Shown: positions 38,344 to 49,585 of the stretch, one piece after another
Numbering within the stretch: the first letter of the stretch is position 1
Layout: each line of letters starts with the position of its first letter
NCBI RefSeq assembly: GCF_026210795.1
Contig: NC_089436.1
Location: 868,001-932,000, forward strand
Direction of reading: 5' to 3'
Origin: Rhizophagus irregularis
Lineage: Eukaryota
Length of the DNA stretch: 64,000 nt
Notes under the pieces: model-generated
Told to the model about the DNA's origin: nothing
Databases searched by the model: none
What the model saw: the letters and a program-made list of their open reading frames with translations, nothing else
Position numbers and translations under genes: made by a program

Positions 38344-39105
38344 TTACTTACTCTGATTCATATCTTGAAGTGACCAAGGTAAAATGTAACGGAATTTCTT
38401 CTTAACAGGCTGTTTTAAATTGTTGGATAAAGATGATGTATCTTCTTGAAATATTGAAAATTGTGAATTTGGTATAGGTGTTTGGTTTATGTTACTAAAT
38501 AAAAAAATTATAAATAAATGTAAATTTTTTAAAAAAAAATAATAAACTCATTACTTTTCTTGAAATTCTCCAGAGTTCGTAATAAAATTACATATCATTC
38601 TTTCTAATGTGAACTTTCTATTATTTTCTAATAATACCGTCTGGCTCCATATAAATTTAACTTGATACGTATTTTCATAATCTTCAAGTAAAACATAACC
38701 TTTAGTATTAGTTAAAGGATTTTGTCAGAAACTCTACTGATCATAGTGAAGTATTTGCTTAAGTCTGTTTTCTCCTGTTAACCCCAAAATAACATTGATA
38801 TTTATGTTTAACAGAACTGTATTTGAACTTTTCTTCATCTTTAAATAGATATACAAATATGTTTTCTGGAAATGTTTCGATTGAAAAGCATTTTTTCCCA
38901 ATGGCATATTGAGAAAAACCTAGTTTTTTTTAATAAGAACTATAAAGGAGTTAATGTATTGAGATATTTGTTTCGAAGTAAGACGAGGAAGAGAATAGAT
39001 TATTTTATTGTGCGAATGTTTATTTCTTTCGTGAACGAAAAATTTTTGATAAGTTGTAAAAGCTTTAAAACGAAGCTTACAGCAAATAGACAACGAGTTT
39101 TCCAT
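38344..39105 (-). pseudogene. Decayed C2H2 zinc-finger-type protein, 2 exons, convergent with the RAG1-like gene
   Basis: MENSLSICCKLRFKAFTTYQKFFVHERNKH..FPENIFVYLFKDE..GENRLKQIL..KGYVLLED..VKFIWSQ..; second exon is open to ..KKKFRYILPWSLQDMNQSK*; frameshifts and stops in exon 1. Confidence 0.6.
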
Positions 39106-39767
39106 CAGGACGCAAAAAACTACTGTACAATGATTACTGAATAAATATCGTATAGTACATGCAATAATAACATTGTTGATCTGTGTAACAAAATTGAGGA
39201 GGAGTCAAATTGGCCCATATGAGAAATAATTACAATAGTTAATCCAATGAGAATTAATTCTAATATCATGTGATTTAAATAATGATACTATTTAGGAAAT
39301 AAATGATGTAATTATGCAGGGCAAAATATTTGCAGTTAACATATAATTATGCAGGCAATTGTAATTTTATATTATATTTTATAACATTGCAATTTAATTA
39401 AGGAATAAGGATAAGCATATTTTATTAGAATCAATAAGTTTTAAGGATTTTGTTAATTAAATTTATTACATTAAATCAATAAATTTTAAGAACTGCGTTA
39501 CAAAAAAAAATTTAGAACTGCGTTAATTAAATTTATTACATTAGAATCAAAACTGTGTTTATTTTGTTATAAATACTTTAATTATGTAAAATGTTATTAT
39601 GTTCATCAGTTCATGTTTTAAACATTATAATAAATTTTAAAATTAGTATAAATATTATGAAATTTGAAGTATATAGGATTTTTTTTTCGCAATTCAAAAC
39701 CAAATTGTATTTTAATTTTCAAATTATATTTAATTTTCAAGTTACGAAAAAATCATAAAAATAAAAA

Positions 39768-40010
39768 ATGGCAGCATTAGTACCTTTTGTTTCACCGCTA
39801 CACCAGCATTCCAATGAACGATTAATGCTGCGAGGCAATTAATCGCAGAGCGAAGAAATTTGCATCAGCAATTCGAAAGAATTGCAAACCGTCACCATGT
39901 AAATGCATGGACAATAATAGCAAATAGGGTGTTCACTGCAACCAGATTTGCAGTGACACCCAGGCAATGCTCTACAAAATGGAATGTCCTCAAACGAGGT
40001 TATGAAAACC
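39768..40010 (+). pseudogene. Myb/SANT (trihelix-like) gene truncated by a hAT insertion
   Basis: ..TINAARQLIAERRNLHQQFERIANRHHVNAWTIIANRV..TPRQCSTKWNVLKRGYEN, cut by the TIR at 40011. Confidence 0.7.
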
Positions 40011-40599
40011 TAGAGTTCTGATTAGTTTAGTTCGGTACAGTTTTTGCCAAAACTGAAACTGAACTGAATTGATCAATAACGGTATTGCTAATTACAAAAA
40101 CTGATCGGTTTTAGTAATCATAAATACTGTTACCGCAGTAATTACCGAAAACCGAACTGATTTACCGATTTATTATCGGTTCAGTTTTAAAAACGTTTTG
40201 CAACGTTTTTATTAAATTATCAAAAAAAAAACGTTGCAAAATGTTTTTTTAAATTAAATTAACAAATAAAAAATGTTTTGCAACATTTTCTATTAAGAAT
40301 GTTGTGAAACATTTTTTTAAATAAATGATCAGTGTAAGGCTATAAAAATTTTATTTTCTGAGTCTTGCGTTATCCAACTAACACTTCATTAAATAATATT
40401 ATAAATACCCTTTGCGCTCAAAATCTTTATAGCTATATGTGGTCTGACAATAGAACCTTACTCACGGTTCTTTTTTGTGGGTTTAGTACTTTCTGATTAT
40501 CTTAAAATGAATGCTTCAAAAAACACCAGCTTACTTTATTTTATTACAAAAATTTTTATTATCATTTATTAGTAGTTTAGCAACATATGTACTATATAT

Positions 40600-42112
40600 C
40601 CCTATAAGAAATCTGTATATGGAATGGATACGTTTTGTATACATTTTATGTACGTTTCTATAGATTCTGTATACAAATTCCGTATATTTAATAAGAAATT
40701 CATTTTTGAACATTTTTTTAAAAAACTAACGTATACGAAATGTATACAGAAAAAATTAATAATGCGGAATGTATATGGAATTTTTAAACTTAATATTTTA
40801 GAAAATAATTTTACAATCATTCCGTATCATATCACGTGATCACGTGATTGTTTATTATGATACGTTTTTTTGTTTTTTATATAAACCCTTAACAATTACT
40901 TTGATCTTCCTTTTTGTCTTCAGTTTACTTTCTTTTGTCTTTTGTTATTTTGTTTTTTTTTTTATTTTAAAAAATTTTTCTTTCTTCTTTCTTCGTCACC
41001 TCCCTTTAAAAAGAGATTTTTTTTTTGTCACTCTCCTTTAAAAAAAATTTTTTTTTTCATCACTCCTTTAAAAAATTTTTTTTCATTACTTTTCTTTTTA
41101 AAAAAAAATTTTTTTCGTCACTCCTTTAAAAAAATTTTTTTTGACTTTATCCTTTTATTTCCCACTCACCACCCTTTCCTTTTTTTTTTAAAAAAAAATT
41201 TCTTTCTATTCTTTATAAGAAATTTTTTATTTTTCTAACTTTGACATCCTCCCTTTTTTTTAAAAAAAATTTTTTTAACTTTCCTAACTTCATCACCCAT
41301 CTTTTTAAAGAAAAATATTTTTTTGATTTGTTCTTTTATTCCCCACTCACTACCCTTTCTTTTTTATATTATCTCTTTTTTTTCATAGGCCAACAGATTT
41401 TTTTTGAAAGTTTCTTTTTTCTTTTTTTTGTAAATTAGTTTGGGAGTCCTTTTCTTTTTGTAGGATGGTACAGGATTTTTTTCTTTTTTAGGTCAGTTCA
41501 AATTTTCTTTTTTCTTTGTAAGTTTGGTTCAGATTCTGGATTTTTTCTTGTAAGTTGTTTTGGTTTCTTTTCATCAGACGTTTTATGATTCTTTTCTTTT
41601 ATGTAGGTCAGACATTTTAGAGTTCTTTTTCTTTTTTGTAAGAATACTGACCCTTGGTGACTTGGACGATTGCAGATACTATATGAGGGTGTTTTGGTTT
41701 CTTTTTAGGTTTTTTGACTCTGAATAAACCTGAACATATTATAGATAATTTAGGTTGCAATAGGTGGTTTTAATAAGGAAGGGAATTTTAATAATGTATT
41801 TAATATATTTGTATTTGTTTAATTTTTAATTTATATTTAATTTAATAAAGTAGAATTAAATTTATGTAAATACAACTATAATAAACTGTAATATAATGGT
41901 AAATTCAGTAACCAAATCGTATAAATTTCATGATAAAATCAGTGATCAAATCATGTAAATTCCATACGAATCCCGTGTAAATTCCGTATCCAAACCATAT
42001 TTTTAGTGATACGGAATTGTGCATTTTTCCGTATCCTTTCATGATACGTTATTTCTAAGGAAAAAAAATCGTATAAAAACTTTATAAAAACGTATCCGAT
42101 TTTTTTATAGGG
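40600..42112. mobile_element. Non-autonomous TIR element with CCC...GGG ends (EnSpm-like)
   Basis: CCCTATAAGAAATCTGTATA / TATCCGATTTTTTTATAGGG; 3-bp TSD TAT; CGTAT/ATACG subterminal repeats. Confidence 0.7.
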
Positions 42113-42849
42113 TATACGTACAGTATATAAAATACTACAAGGTAATAAAGCAAATTGTTAAAATTAAATTAAAAATAAGAAGTTCTGTTCCCACCAATAC
42201 AAAAAAAAACAAAAAAAAGAATAAAAGAGAAACCCTCAAAACTCCTACTTGTCAACTTTCTCATTACTTATGTTGGAAACGTTTCTCATTAAATAAATAT
42301 AAAAAAAACCCTTTCTTTTCCCTTTTCTTTACAACATGCATGCAGGAGTCAAGTTAGCACTGTGTAAGTCTAATTCATCTTGGCCAACATTTCCTACAAA
42401 ATAGAAGCAAACAGAAACGTTAAAAATGCTTCTTATTAAATAAATCTACTCATTCCCTTCCCATTATGGCATTATCTGTAAGTCCAGTCTTAAAAAACAA
42501 TTCTAAATAGCGTTCATAATGTTTCTATAAAAAAGTTAGAAAAAGAACGTTAGCAGCATTCTCAAAGTCAGTTCTACTTCAAACTTAAAAAATTAGAAGC
42601 AAAAATGGAACTTACCAAATTTTCATTATACATTTGAGTATTATGAAATTTGCCGTGCACCTTATTTAAAATTTTTTTCATTTTTTGTGGTTTATTTGAG
42701 GTAACGTTATTAATATCATGATCTACATAGATAGATTTCCACCCATTAAGGCCATTATTACTTGATTGGCCGATCTACACCTAATTACGATAGTAAACAA
42801 ATTTTTTTTTAAAAAAAAATATTCTTTTTTTTTTGATTCTTGGAAATAG

Positions 42850-43647
42850 AGATGGGTAAGTGTCTCTAAAAATTTTTTTGTTTTTTATGTAAGAACATTT
42901 ATTAACATTCTTTTATTACTTTTTTTTATAGATTTCAGCCGGAACTTAGAAATGGAGACGGTGAGTATTTTTAAAGGTGAAAGCGAGTTTTTTGGGGGGT
43001 TTCTTATATAAGAACGTTTATTAACGTTCTTTTACTTTTTTCCTTTTACAGATTTCGGCCTGAGAACTTGAAAATGAGGATCAGTAAGTGTTTTTAAAGG
43101 GGAAAGCAGGAGGAGATTTTTTTGTTTTTTTTTTATGTAAAAACGTTTATTAACGTTCTTTACTTCTTTTTTTTGTAGATTTTAGCCTGCAACTCAGAAA
43201 TGGAGACCGGTGAGTATTTGGAGAGTAAAGAGTTTTTTTTGTTTTCTTTATGTAAGAACGTTTATTAACGTTCTTTTATTTCTATTTTTTTGTAGATTTC
43301 GGCCCAGAACTCAGAAATGGAAACCAGTGAGTAATTTAAAAAAAGGAAGTGGTGGGTTTTTTTTATTTTATTTATGCAAGAATATTTATTAATGTTCTTT
43401 TACTTCCTTTTTTTGTAGATTTTAGCCTGTAACTCGAAAATGGAGACCGGTGAGTATTTAGGAAAGTAGGAGGGTTTTTTTGTTTTTCTTTATGTAAGAA
43501 CGTTTATTAACGTTCCTTTACTTCTTTTTTTTGTAGATTTTAGCCTGAAACTTGGAAATGGAGACCGGTGAGTATTTCTAAAAGGGGAAGTAGGTTTTTT
43601 ATATTTCTTCATGTAAGAATGTTTATTAATGTTTTTTTACTAATTTT
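42850..43647 (+). repeat. Second tandem micro-exon/intron array (resumes at 53528-53670 after the CACTA insertion)
   Basis: ~120-bp units: 29-33-nt segment ATTT(C/T)(A/G)GCC..AAATGGAGACCG, GT(G/A)AGT donor, TATTAAC, poly-T (G)TAG/CAG. Confidence 0.7.
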
Positions 43648-44352
43648 CACTGGTCAGAATAGTCCATTTTGGCAAAATTTTAAATTGTTGAATGTTGGAC
43701 AAAATTCGGTCTGACCTTAGCCGATCAGTACCAAAAAAATCGGCAACTAATTTTATGGATGATTTGCACTGTAACGCCTGCCACTTGCAATTAGAAATTG
43801 GCAAAGTTTCAGAATTAGTTGAAAAAAATCGGCTGTACATATCAATAAAATTTGAACCTGCCATGCAAATGAAATTCATCATAAACAATCGACTATTCGT
43901 CTAAAAATTGATATTAATTTAAATTGCCAATTTGCAAAAATAAATAAAATCGATCATAATAATTTTGACGAAATTTAGAAAATTTAAGTTTTAAAACAGC
44001 GATTTTATTTCGATTGATTTACCAATTATTTTAATTAAATCAATTAATTCGCAAATATTTCCTACAAAAATAGTAAAAATTTCCTACGAAAATAATACTA
44101 AAATAATACAAAAATAATAAAAATTTTCTACAACAATAATACAACAATAATACAAATATAATACAAAAATAATATTAAAATAATACTAAAATACTAAAAT
44201 AATACTAAAATAATAAAAATTTCCTATAAAAATAATACTAAAATAATACGAAAATAATGAAAATAATATGAAAATAATACTAAAATAATAAAAATTTCCT
44301 ATGAAAATAATACTAAAATAATACGAAAATAACAAAAATAATACGAAATAAT

Positions 44353-45439
44353 TTTTTTTTTTTTTTTTTTATGTTTTAGGAGACATCAGCATAGCCGGTT
44401 CACCAGAGCTACATGGAGAAAGCACTACAACTAAAGTTGCAGAAATGCACTCCTACTGTTGAGCGACAGCTAACCAAGCACCTACTCTAATTATTTAGAA
44501 GTAACCAGATGTACATCCCCCCCCCTACCCCTATATACTACACTGGGAAGACGAGCCAAGTTTATACCCACACAAGAATGGATCGTAGTGTAGCAGGATT
44601 TCTGACACAGTTATACTACCCACTAGCGCCCATCAGAAGTAAGCAACCACCCACATACGGCAGATATAATGGAGCAGACATCTAGAAGTCCTTCCACGAT
44701 GGTTAGCTTAGAGGTACTGCAATACTAAGACTACTAATATGGCCTCATTCAAAGCCCACTACAGGCCGCGATTACCATACCAGCCCACCATAGTTGTAAA
44801 TCCCCCAGTAGTAATAGTAGTGACTACCAGGACAGTAAGCTGCTAAGGGTACTGGGATCACCCCTTTATTATAAGTAACCAACCCAGTTACTCAGGGATC
44901 ACCTACCAGTACGTCAAATTCACTGAGAAATCGAACCTTACCTTAGAACCTTATATACCTGTGAGCCTACGAACGTCTCCAATCAGCCTAAACCTATTAG
45001 AAGGTAAACTACTGCTAAGACATTGCACTTGAGACTTTACCATCTATAAAGACCATCTAGCGTAGTAAACTCTCACAGTAAAGTTTACCACACCCTTAGT
45101 GGTATCGTAGAGTGACCACCAAGACAAGAGCTCACCCAGATGGTATGCAAGCAGTGACCATCTAAACAGGACAATAGGCTTCCCAATGGCCTCATAGGGA
45201 ACGCTAGGAAGACATCATGACCTTTTGTTGAAATATGCCGCTAACTGGTACATACTAATTCACCATGATGCAGTCCAGCCTACACTAATCTCTGTACCTT
45301 CACACTATTGGTAGTAGTGTCTGCAGTAAAATTCTTTTAATTTCCGTGATCGGCGGAATTGAACCTGCGACCTCACCATACTCAGGCTTCACGAGGGGAC
45401 TCACAGACTAACCAATGAGCCAAGGGTGATCAACCCTCT
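44353..45439 (-). mobile_element. tRNA-headed SINE, ~1.09 kb, with poly(A) tail
   Basis: Minus-strand head with A box TGGCTCATTGG (45412-45422) and B box GGTTCAATTCC (45355-45365); GC-richer body; ~18-nt poly(A); 16-bp TSD AATAATA(C/T)GAAATAAT. Confidence 0.85.
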
Positions 45440-45622
45440 AATAATATGAAATAATACTAAAATAATACTTAAATAATAAAAATTTCCTATAAAAATAAAA
45501 AAATTCAATCCACAATTCCACAAAAAAACCCATAATTTTCAAAAAAAAATCCAAAAAAACTGACGAATTCACAATCTTTAAATTTGAAAAAAAGTTAGTA
45601 TAACAAAAACTCAAAACAAAAA

Positions 45623-48216
45623 TTAAAGTACAAATTTATACCATTTGTCTGTTTCATCTTCCATTTCTGGCAATTCTTCCACTCCAATTGGTTCCAATTC
45701 TTTCACTCCCATTGGTTCTGATTCTTCTGTTGGTTCTAATTCTTCTATTCCCGTTGGTTCTGAATCTTTTATCACCTCTATTTCGTCCATCTCCACCGAC
45801 ACTTCCACATCTTCCGCCATTATTAGATTCTTCATCATTTGAATTGGCATTTCTGGCTCAAAAAAGTCGGTATCAGCCAGCGTATTCTGCTCTACGTAGG
45901 TCCAATTTGGAGCACCTCATGGATGAAGACGATATTATATATCTCATCATCCTAATTTCGCGTTTGTATCAGTTGTGCAGATTGAAGAGAGAAAGCGTGT
46001 TGGTCCAAGATATTTCGTAATAAATCTATTAACTATTATTAGAAAAAAAATCAATCCTATTACGAAAAAAATAAAACAAATAAAAAATAAAAAATAAAAA
46101 TACGACAAATAAGTTATTGGACCTCTTCAGATCTTCAAGACGGATTATAAACATTGATATGTCTTTTACCTTCTGGTTGCTCCTCATCCAATTCAGAATA
46201 CTCTGGAGAGTAATATCGGTTGTCGCTTAAAACATTCAAAAGTTCTTTTCGATCATAATTCTCCAGTTTTTCGTCATTTTTATCAAAAAGCGATTTTGCG
46301 CCTTTAACTCGACGTGCTTTTTTCTATATTTAAAGTTTTGACGAATGATGAGATTTTTTTTTTGAAATAATAAAGAAATTATTTACCTCATTTAACCGAT
46401 TGTTTTGATGTAGACGACAATTATCTTTGTCTAAAGTGCTGCGTTATTTATATAACAAACGCACTCTGCGATGTTTATGTAAAGCGGTAAGCCAAGACTT
46501 GACTTGCCTGTATCGTAAGTATACCTTGGCTTCATCGTTTCAATTAGTCGAGGTATAATCTGTCGAAGAATTTCATTATTCGACTCACTGCTAAACTTTT
46601 CATCGTATATTAATTCTAGTTCAATCAGAAAAGTTTTTAAAATCGTCTTCATTTCAGCCTAAATTGAATAAAATATCAGTTTAGCGAGCGTTAAAAGTAT
46701 ACATTGAAAGAGGATTTTTGGATAAACCCTAGCTTCTTTTTCATCTACTTCCATTTCATCTCCAGAATCGCACACCGTATTTTTTCCTTTCCTACGCTTT
46801 GTTAGTCATTGATCCTCTTCAAATTTGATATCTTGAAGGTCAGATGAACATCAGTGACGTAAGCCGTTATTTTCCTGGTTAAGTATATTGTTATACGATT
46901 GTAATTGGCCGACATCTAGCCATAGGTCACGCAACTCGCTATTTGCATTATCAAGTTGCTGATTTAATTTATCGATTCTTCCCGTAAGTAGGCATTTTCT
47001 TCTCAGAGATCAACCATTTCTAAAAAAATGTTAAAGTCGACCAGAACTCTAAAATGAATACAAAAATCAATTGTAGCTCACCATTTACATCTCTAGTCCA
47101 ATTACTCCTATAGGTTTTGGTACGAATAATCAGCGTTAATTCTCTATGGTTAACATTACTCCTATAATAAGGTTCGGTGCGTGTTGGCGTTAATTCCCTA
47201 TGATGGATATTACTCCTATGAGGTTCGGTACGTGTAAATAGAGTTAGTTCTCTTTGTATAGTTACATTACGAATTGGTGGTACTATCCTGCTTTGTTAGT
47301 ACAAGCTGGATGGTACTACTAAACGAAATGGCCCATTATCTTCTGAAGTTTCTGGTATCAACGTTTACTTTTGAGTTCTGGTAGAGCCGGAAGCTGCAGA
47401 TTTTTGCTGTTTTGTCACTTGCTTTTGGGTTCTGGTAAAGCCGAAAGCTGCAGATTCTTATTGTTTCGATGTTTGCTTTTGGGTTTTAGTAGAGCTGAAA
47501 GCTGCAGATTCTTGTTGTTTTGACGTTTGCTTTTGAGTTCTGGTAGAGCCGAAAGCTGCGGATTCTTGCTGTTTTCATCACTTGCTTTTAAGTTCTAGTA
47601 GTGCCAGAAGTAAGGTTGCTTGTTTAAACCTCTTCAAAATCCTACGATTAGTTTCGTCAAAATTTTACTATAGATTTATTATAGTTTCAGCAGAGTTTCG
47701 GCAGTTTTGGCATTTATAATAAGTTTCGGCAGTTTCGTCTTTCTCCAAAGTTTCGCCAGTTTTTTAATATAACTTTAATATAGTTTCGGCAGAATTTCGC
47801 TTTTCGGCGAAACGCCATTTTGCTTCAGCCCCTAGGTTTCGGCAAGCAACTTTAGCCGGAAGCTGCGGATTCTTGTTATTTCAACGTTTGCTTTTGGGTT
47901 TTGGTAGAGCCAGAAGCTGCAGATTCTTGTTGTTTTGACGCTTGCTTTTGGGTTCTGGTAGAGCCAGAAGCTGCAGATTCTTGTTGTTTCGATGCTTGCT
48001 TTTGGGTTCTAGTAGAGCCAGAAGCTATGGATTCCTGTTGTTTCAATATTTGCTTTTAGGTTTTGATAGAGCCGGAAGCTGCAGATTCTTGTTGTTTTGA
48101 TATCGACGTTTATTTGGAAGAATCGGAACTTGCAGATTCCTGTGCTGAAGTTTGTTTGTGAGACTCTTGACGATTTTTTTTGACACTTTTTTTTCCAGAT
48201 CGTTTTATTCTTTATA
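45623..48216 (-). pseudogene. CACTA accessory gene (decayed, multi-exon) with an 18-aa repeat region and acidic tail
   Basis: 54-bp repeats encode TRTQKQASKQQESAASGS; later exons MKTILKTFLIELELIYDEKF.., KKARRVKGAKSLF..YYSPEYSE.., EPTGIEEL repeats; 5' limit approximate. Confidence 0.65.
47611..47854. mobile_element. hAT MITE, second copy of 20901-21144
   Basis: Same TIRs and near-identical body; 8-bp TSD GCCAGAAG / GCCGGAAG. Confidence 0.93.
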
Positions 48217-48609
48217 GTAGATTTTAATAAACAGAAGAATAGTAAAATTAGTAAATAAAGTAGAACTTTCTTTCAAAATGATGAAAAATATTGTTCGATT
48301 TATATAAAAGTTACGTTTGACGATCAATATAAAAATGTATTGCAAGTTTTATAAAAATTACGAGAATTGTTTATTGAAAAAATAAAATTATTTTTGCGAA
48401 AAAAATTCGATTGATGGAGCTTTATAAGCAGATTTTATAAAAATTACGAGAATCATTTATCGAAAAAATAAAATTATTTTTGTGAAAAAAATTCAATTGA
48501 TGGAGCTTTATAAAATTCAAAATTCAAAATAAGCTTCCTGGGAAAAAGTTTATTTGATAAAAATAAAACCGAAATTTGATTTAAAAGTTAATTAATTGTT
48601 AAAAAAAGT

Positions 48610-49000
48610 TTAATCGAAATTAGACTTTTATTACTTTTATCAAATCAATTACTAACGGATCAAATTTAACCGAAATTTTTAAATTAAAAAAATTCTCATG
48701 ATTGAAAATTTAATTAATCAAAATCTTGAAATTAAACTTTTATCAAATCAATTACTAACGGATCAAATTTAACCGAAATTTTCAAATTAAAAAAAATTTC
48801 ATAATTGAAAATTTAATTAATCGAAATCTCAAAATTAAACTTTTATTAAATCAATTACTAACGGATCAAATTTAACTGAAATTTTCAAATTAAAAAAATT
48901 TCATGATTGAAAATTTAATTAATCAAAATCTCAAAATTAAACTTTTATTAAATCAATTACTAACGGATCAAATTTAACTGAAATTTTCAAATTAAAAAAA
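48610..49000. repeat. ~104-bp tandem repeat, about 4 copies, between the divergent CACTA genes
   Basis: AAATCAATTACTAACGGATCAAATTTAAC recurs at about 48642, 48745, 48848 and 48950. Confidence 0.88.
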
Positions 49001-49317
49001 AAAATTTCATAAAATTTTAATTTTAAGAGAAAAATTGACTTCATTTGTCAAAATTTCATTAAATTTTAAAGTACATATTAATTATAACCAATTCTTTGTC
49101 AAATTTTATAAAACATGACTAGAAGAAGATCGATTAATCAAATTATGAATTCAGAAAGGATAGCAAACCGACTATCTTCTAGAAGGTTTAGCAAAAAAAG
49201 AACCAAAGTCCCTTGTTATTGTGACAAATATAATGGAAAACTGGTTATATTACGAACCAAAATGCTTTATAAAGCGGCGGAAAATACAACTGACTCGAAT
49301 CTTAATAGTAGTTTGGC

Positions 49318-49585
49318 AGGACCGGAAAAACTATATATAAAGGTCACTGGAAAAAAATCAGAAAATCATATGAATGCGAACCATCTTATGATTGGTCAAT
49401 TGGCTATTTATTCACATGTTTCCGCTCCAAAAACAGAAAAAGGAAAGATCTTCACTCAAATTTTCTTATTCTTGCGAACCAACACGTGACTTTTATTAAT
49501 TATTTTTACAGTGACCTTTTTGAAAATTAAATATGGGTTCGAACCAAGAAAACCGGTGACCTTTATTAGTAGTTTTCCCGGTCCT
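49318..49585. mobile_element. AGGACC-terminus MITE with a different internal sequence
   Basis: TIRs AGGACCGGAAAAACTA / TAGTTTTCCCGGTCCT; exact 8-bp TSD AGTTTGGC. Confidence 0.88.

Noticed and set aside
38344..39105. RAG2-like gene
   Set aside because: The position fits, but no kelch repeats or PHD finger are visible.
40531..41438. Cluster of short F/K-rich ORFs
   Set aside because: Poly-T low-complexity interior of a non-autonomous element.
44590..44645. Hammerhead ribozyme in the SINE body
   Set aside because: The minus strand has CTGATGG..GAAA, not CTGANGA, and these segments pair with each other as a simple hairpin.
45340..45438. Functional tRNA gene
   Set aside because: A and B boxes are present but I could not build a convincing cloverleaf; it is the head of a TSD-flanked, poly(A)-tailed element.
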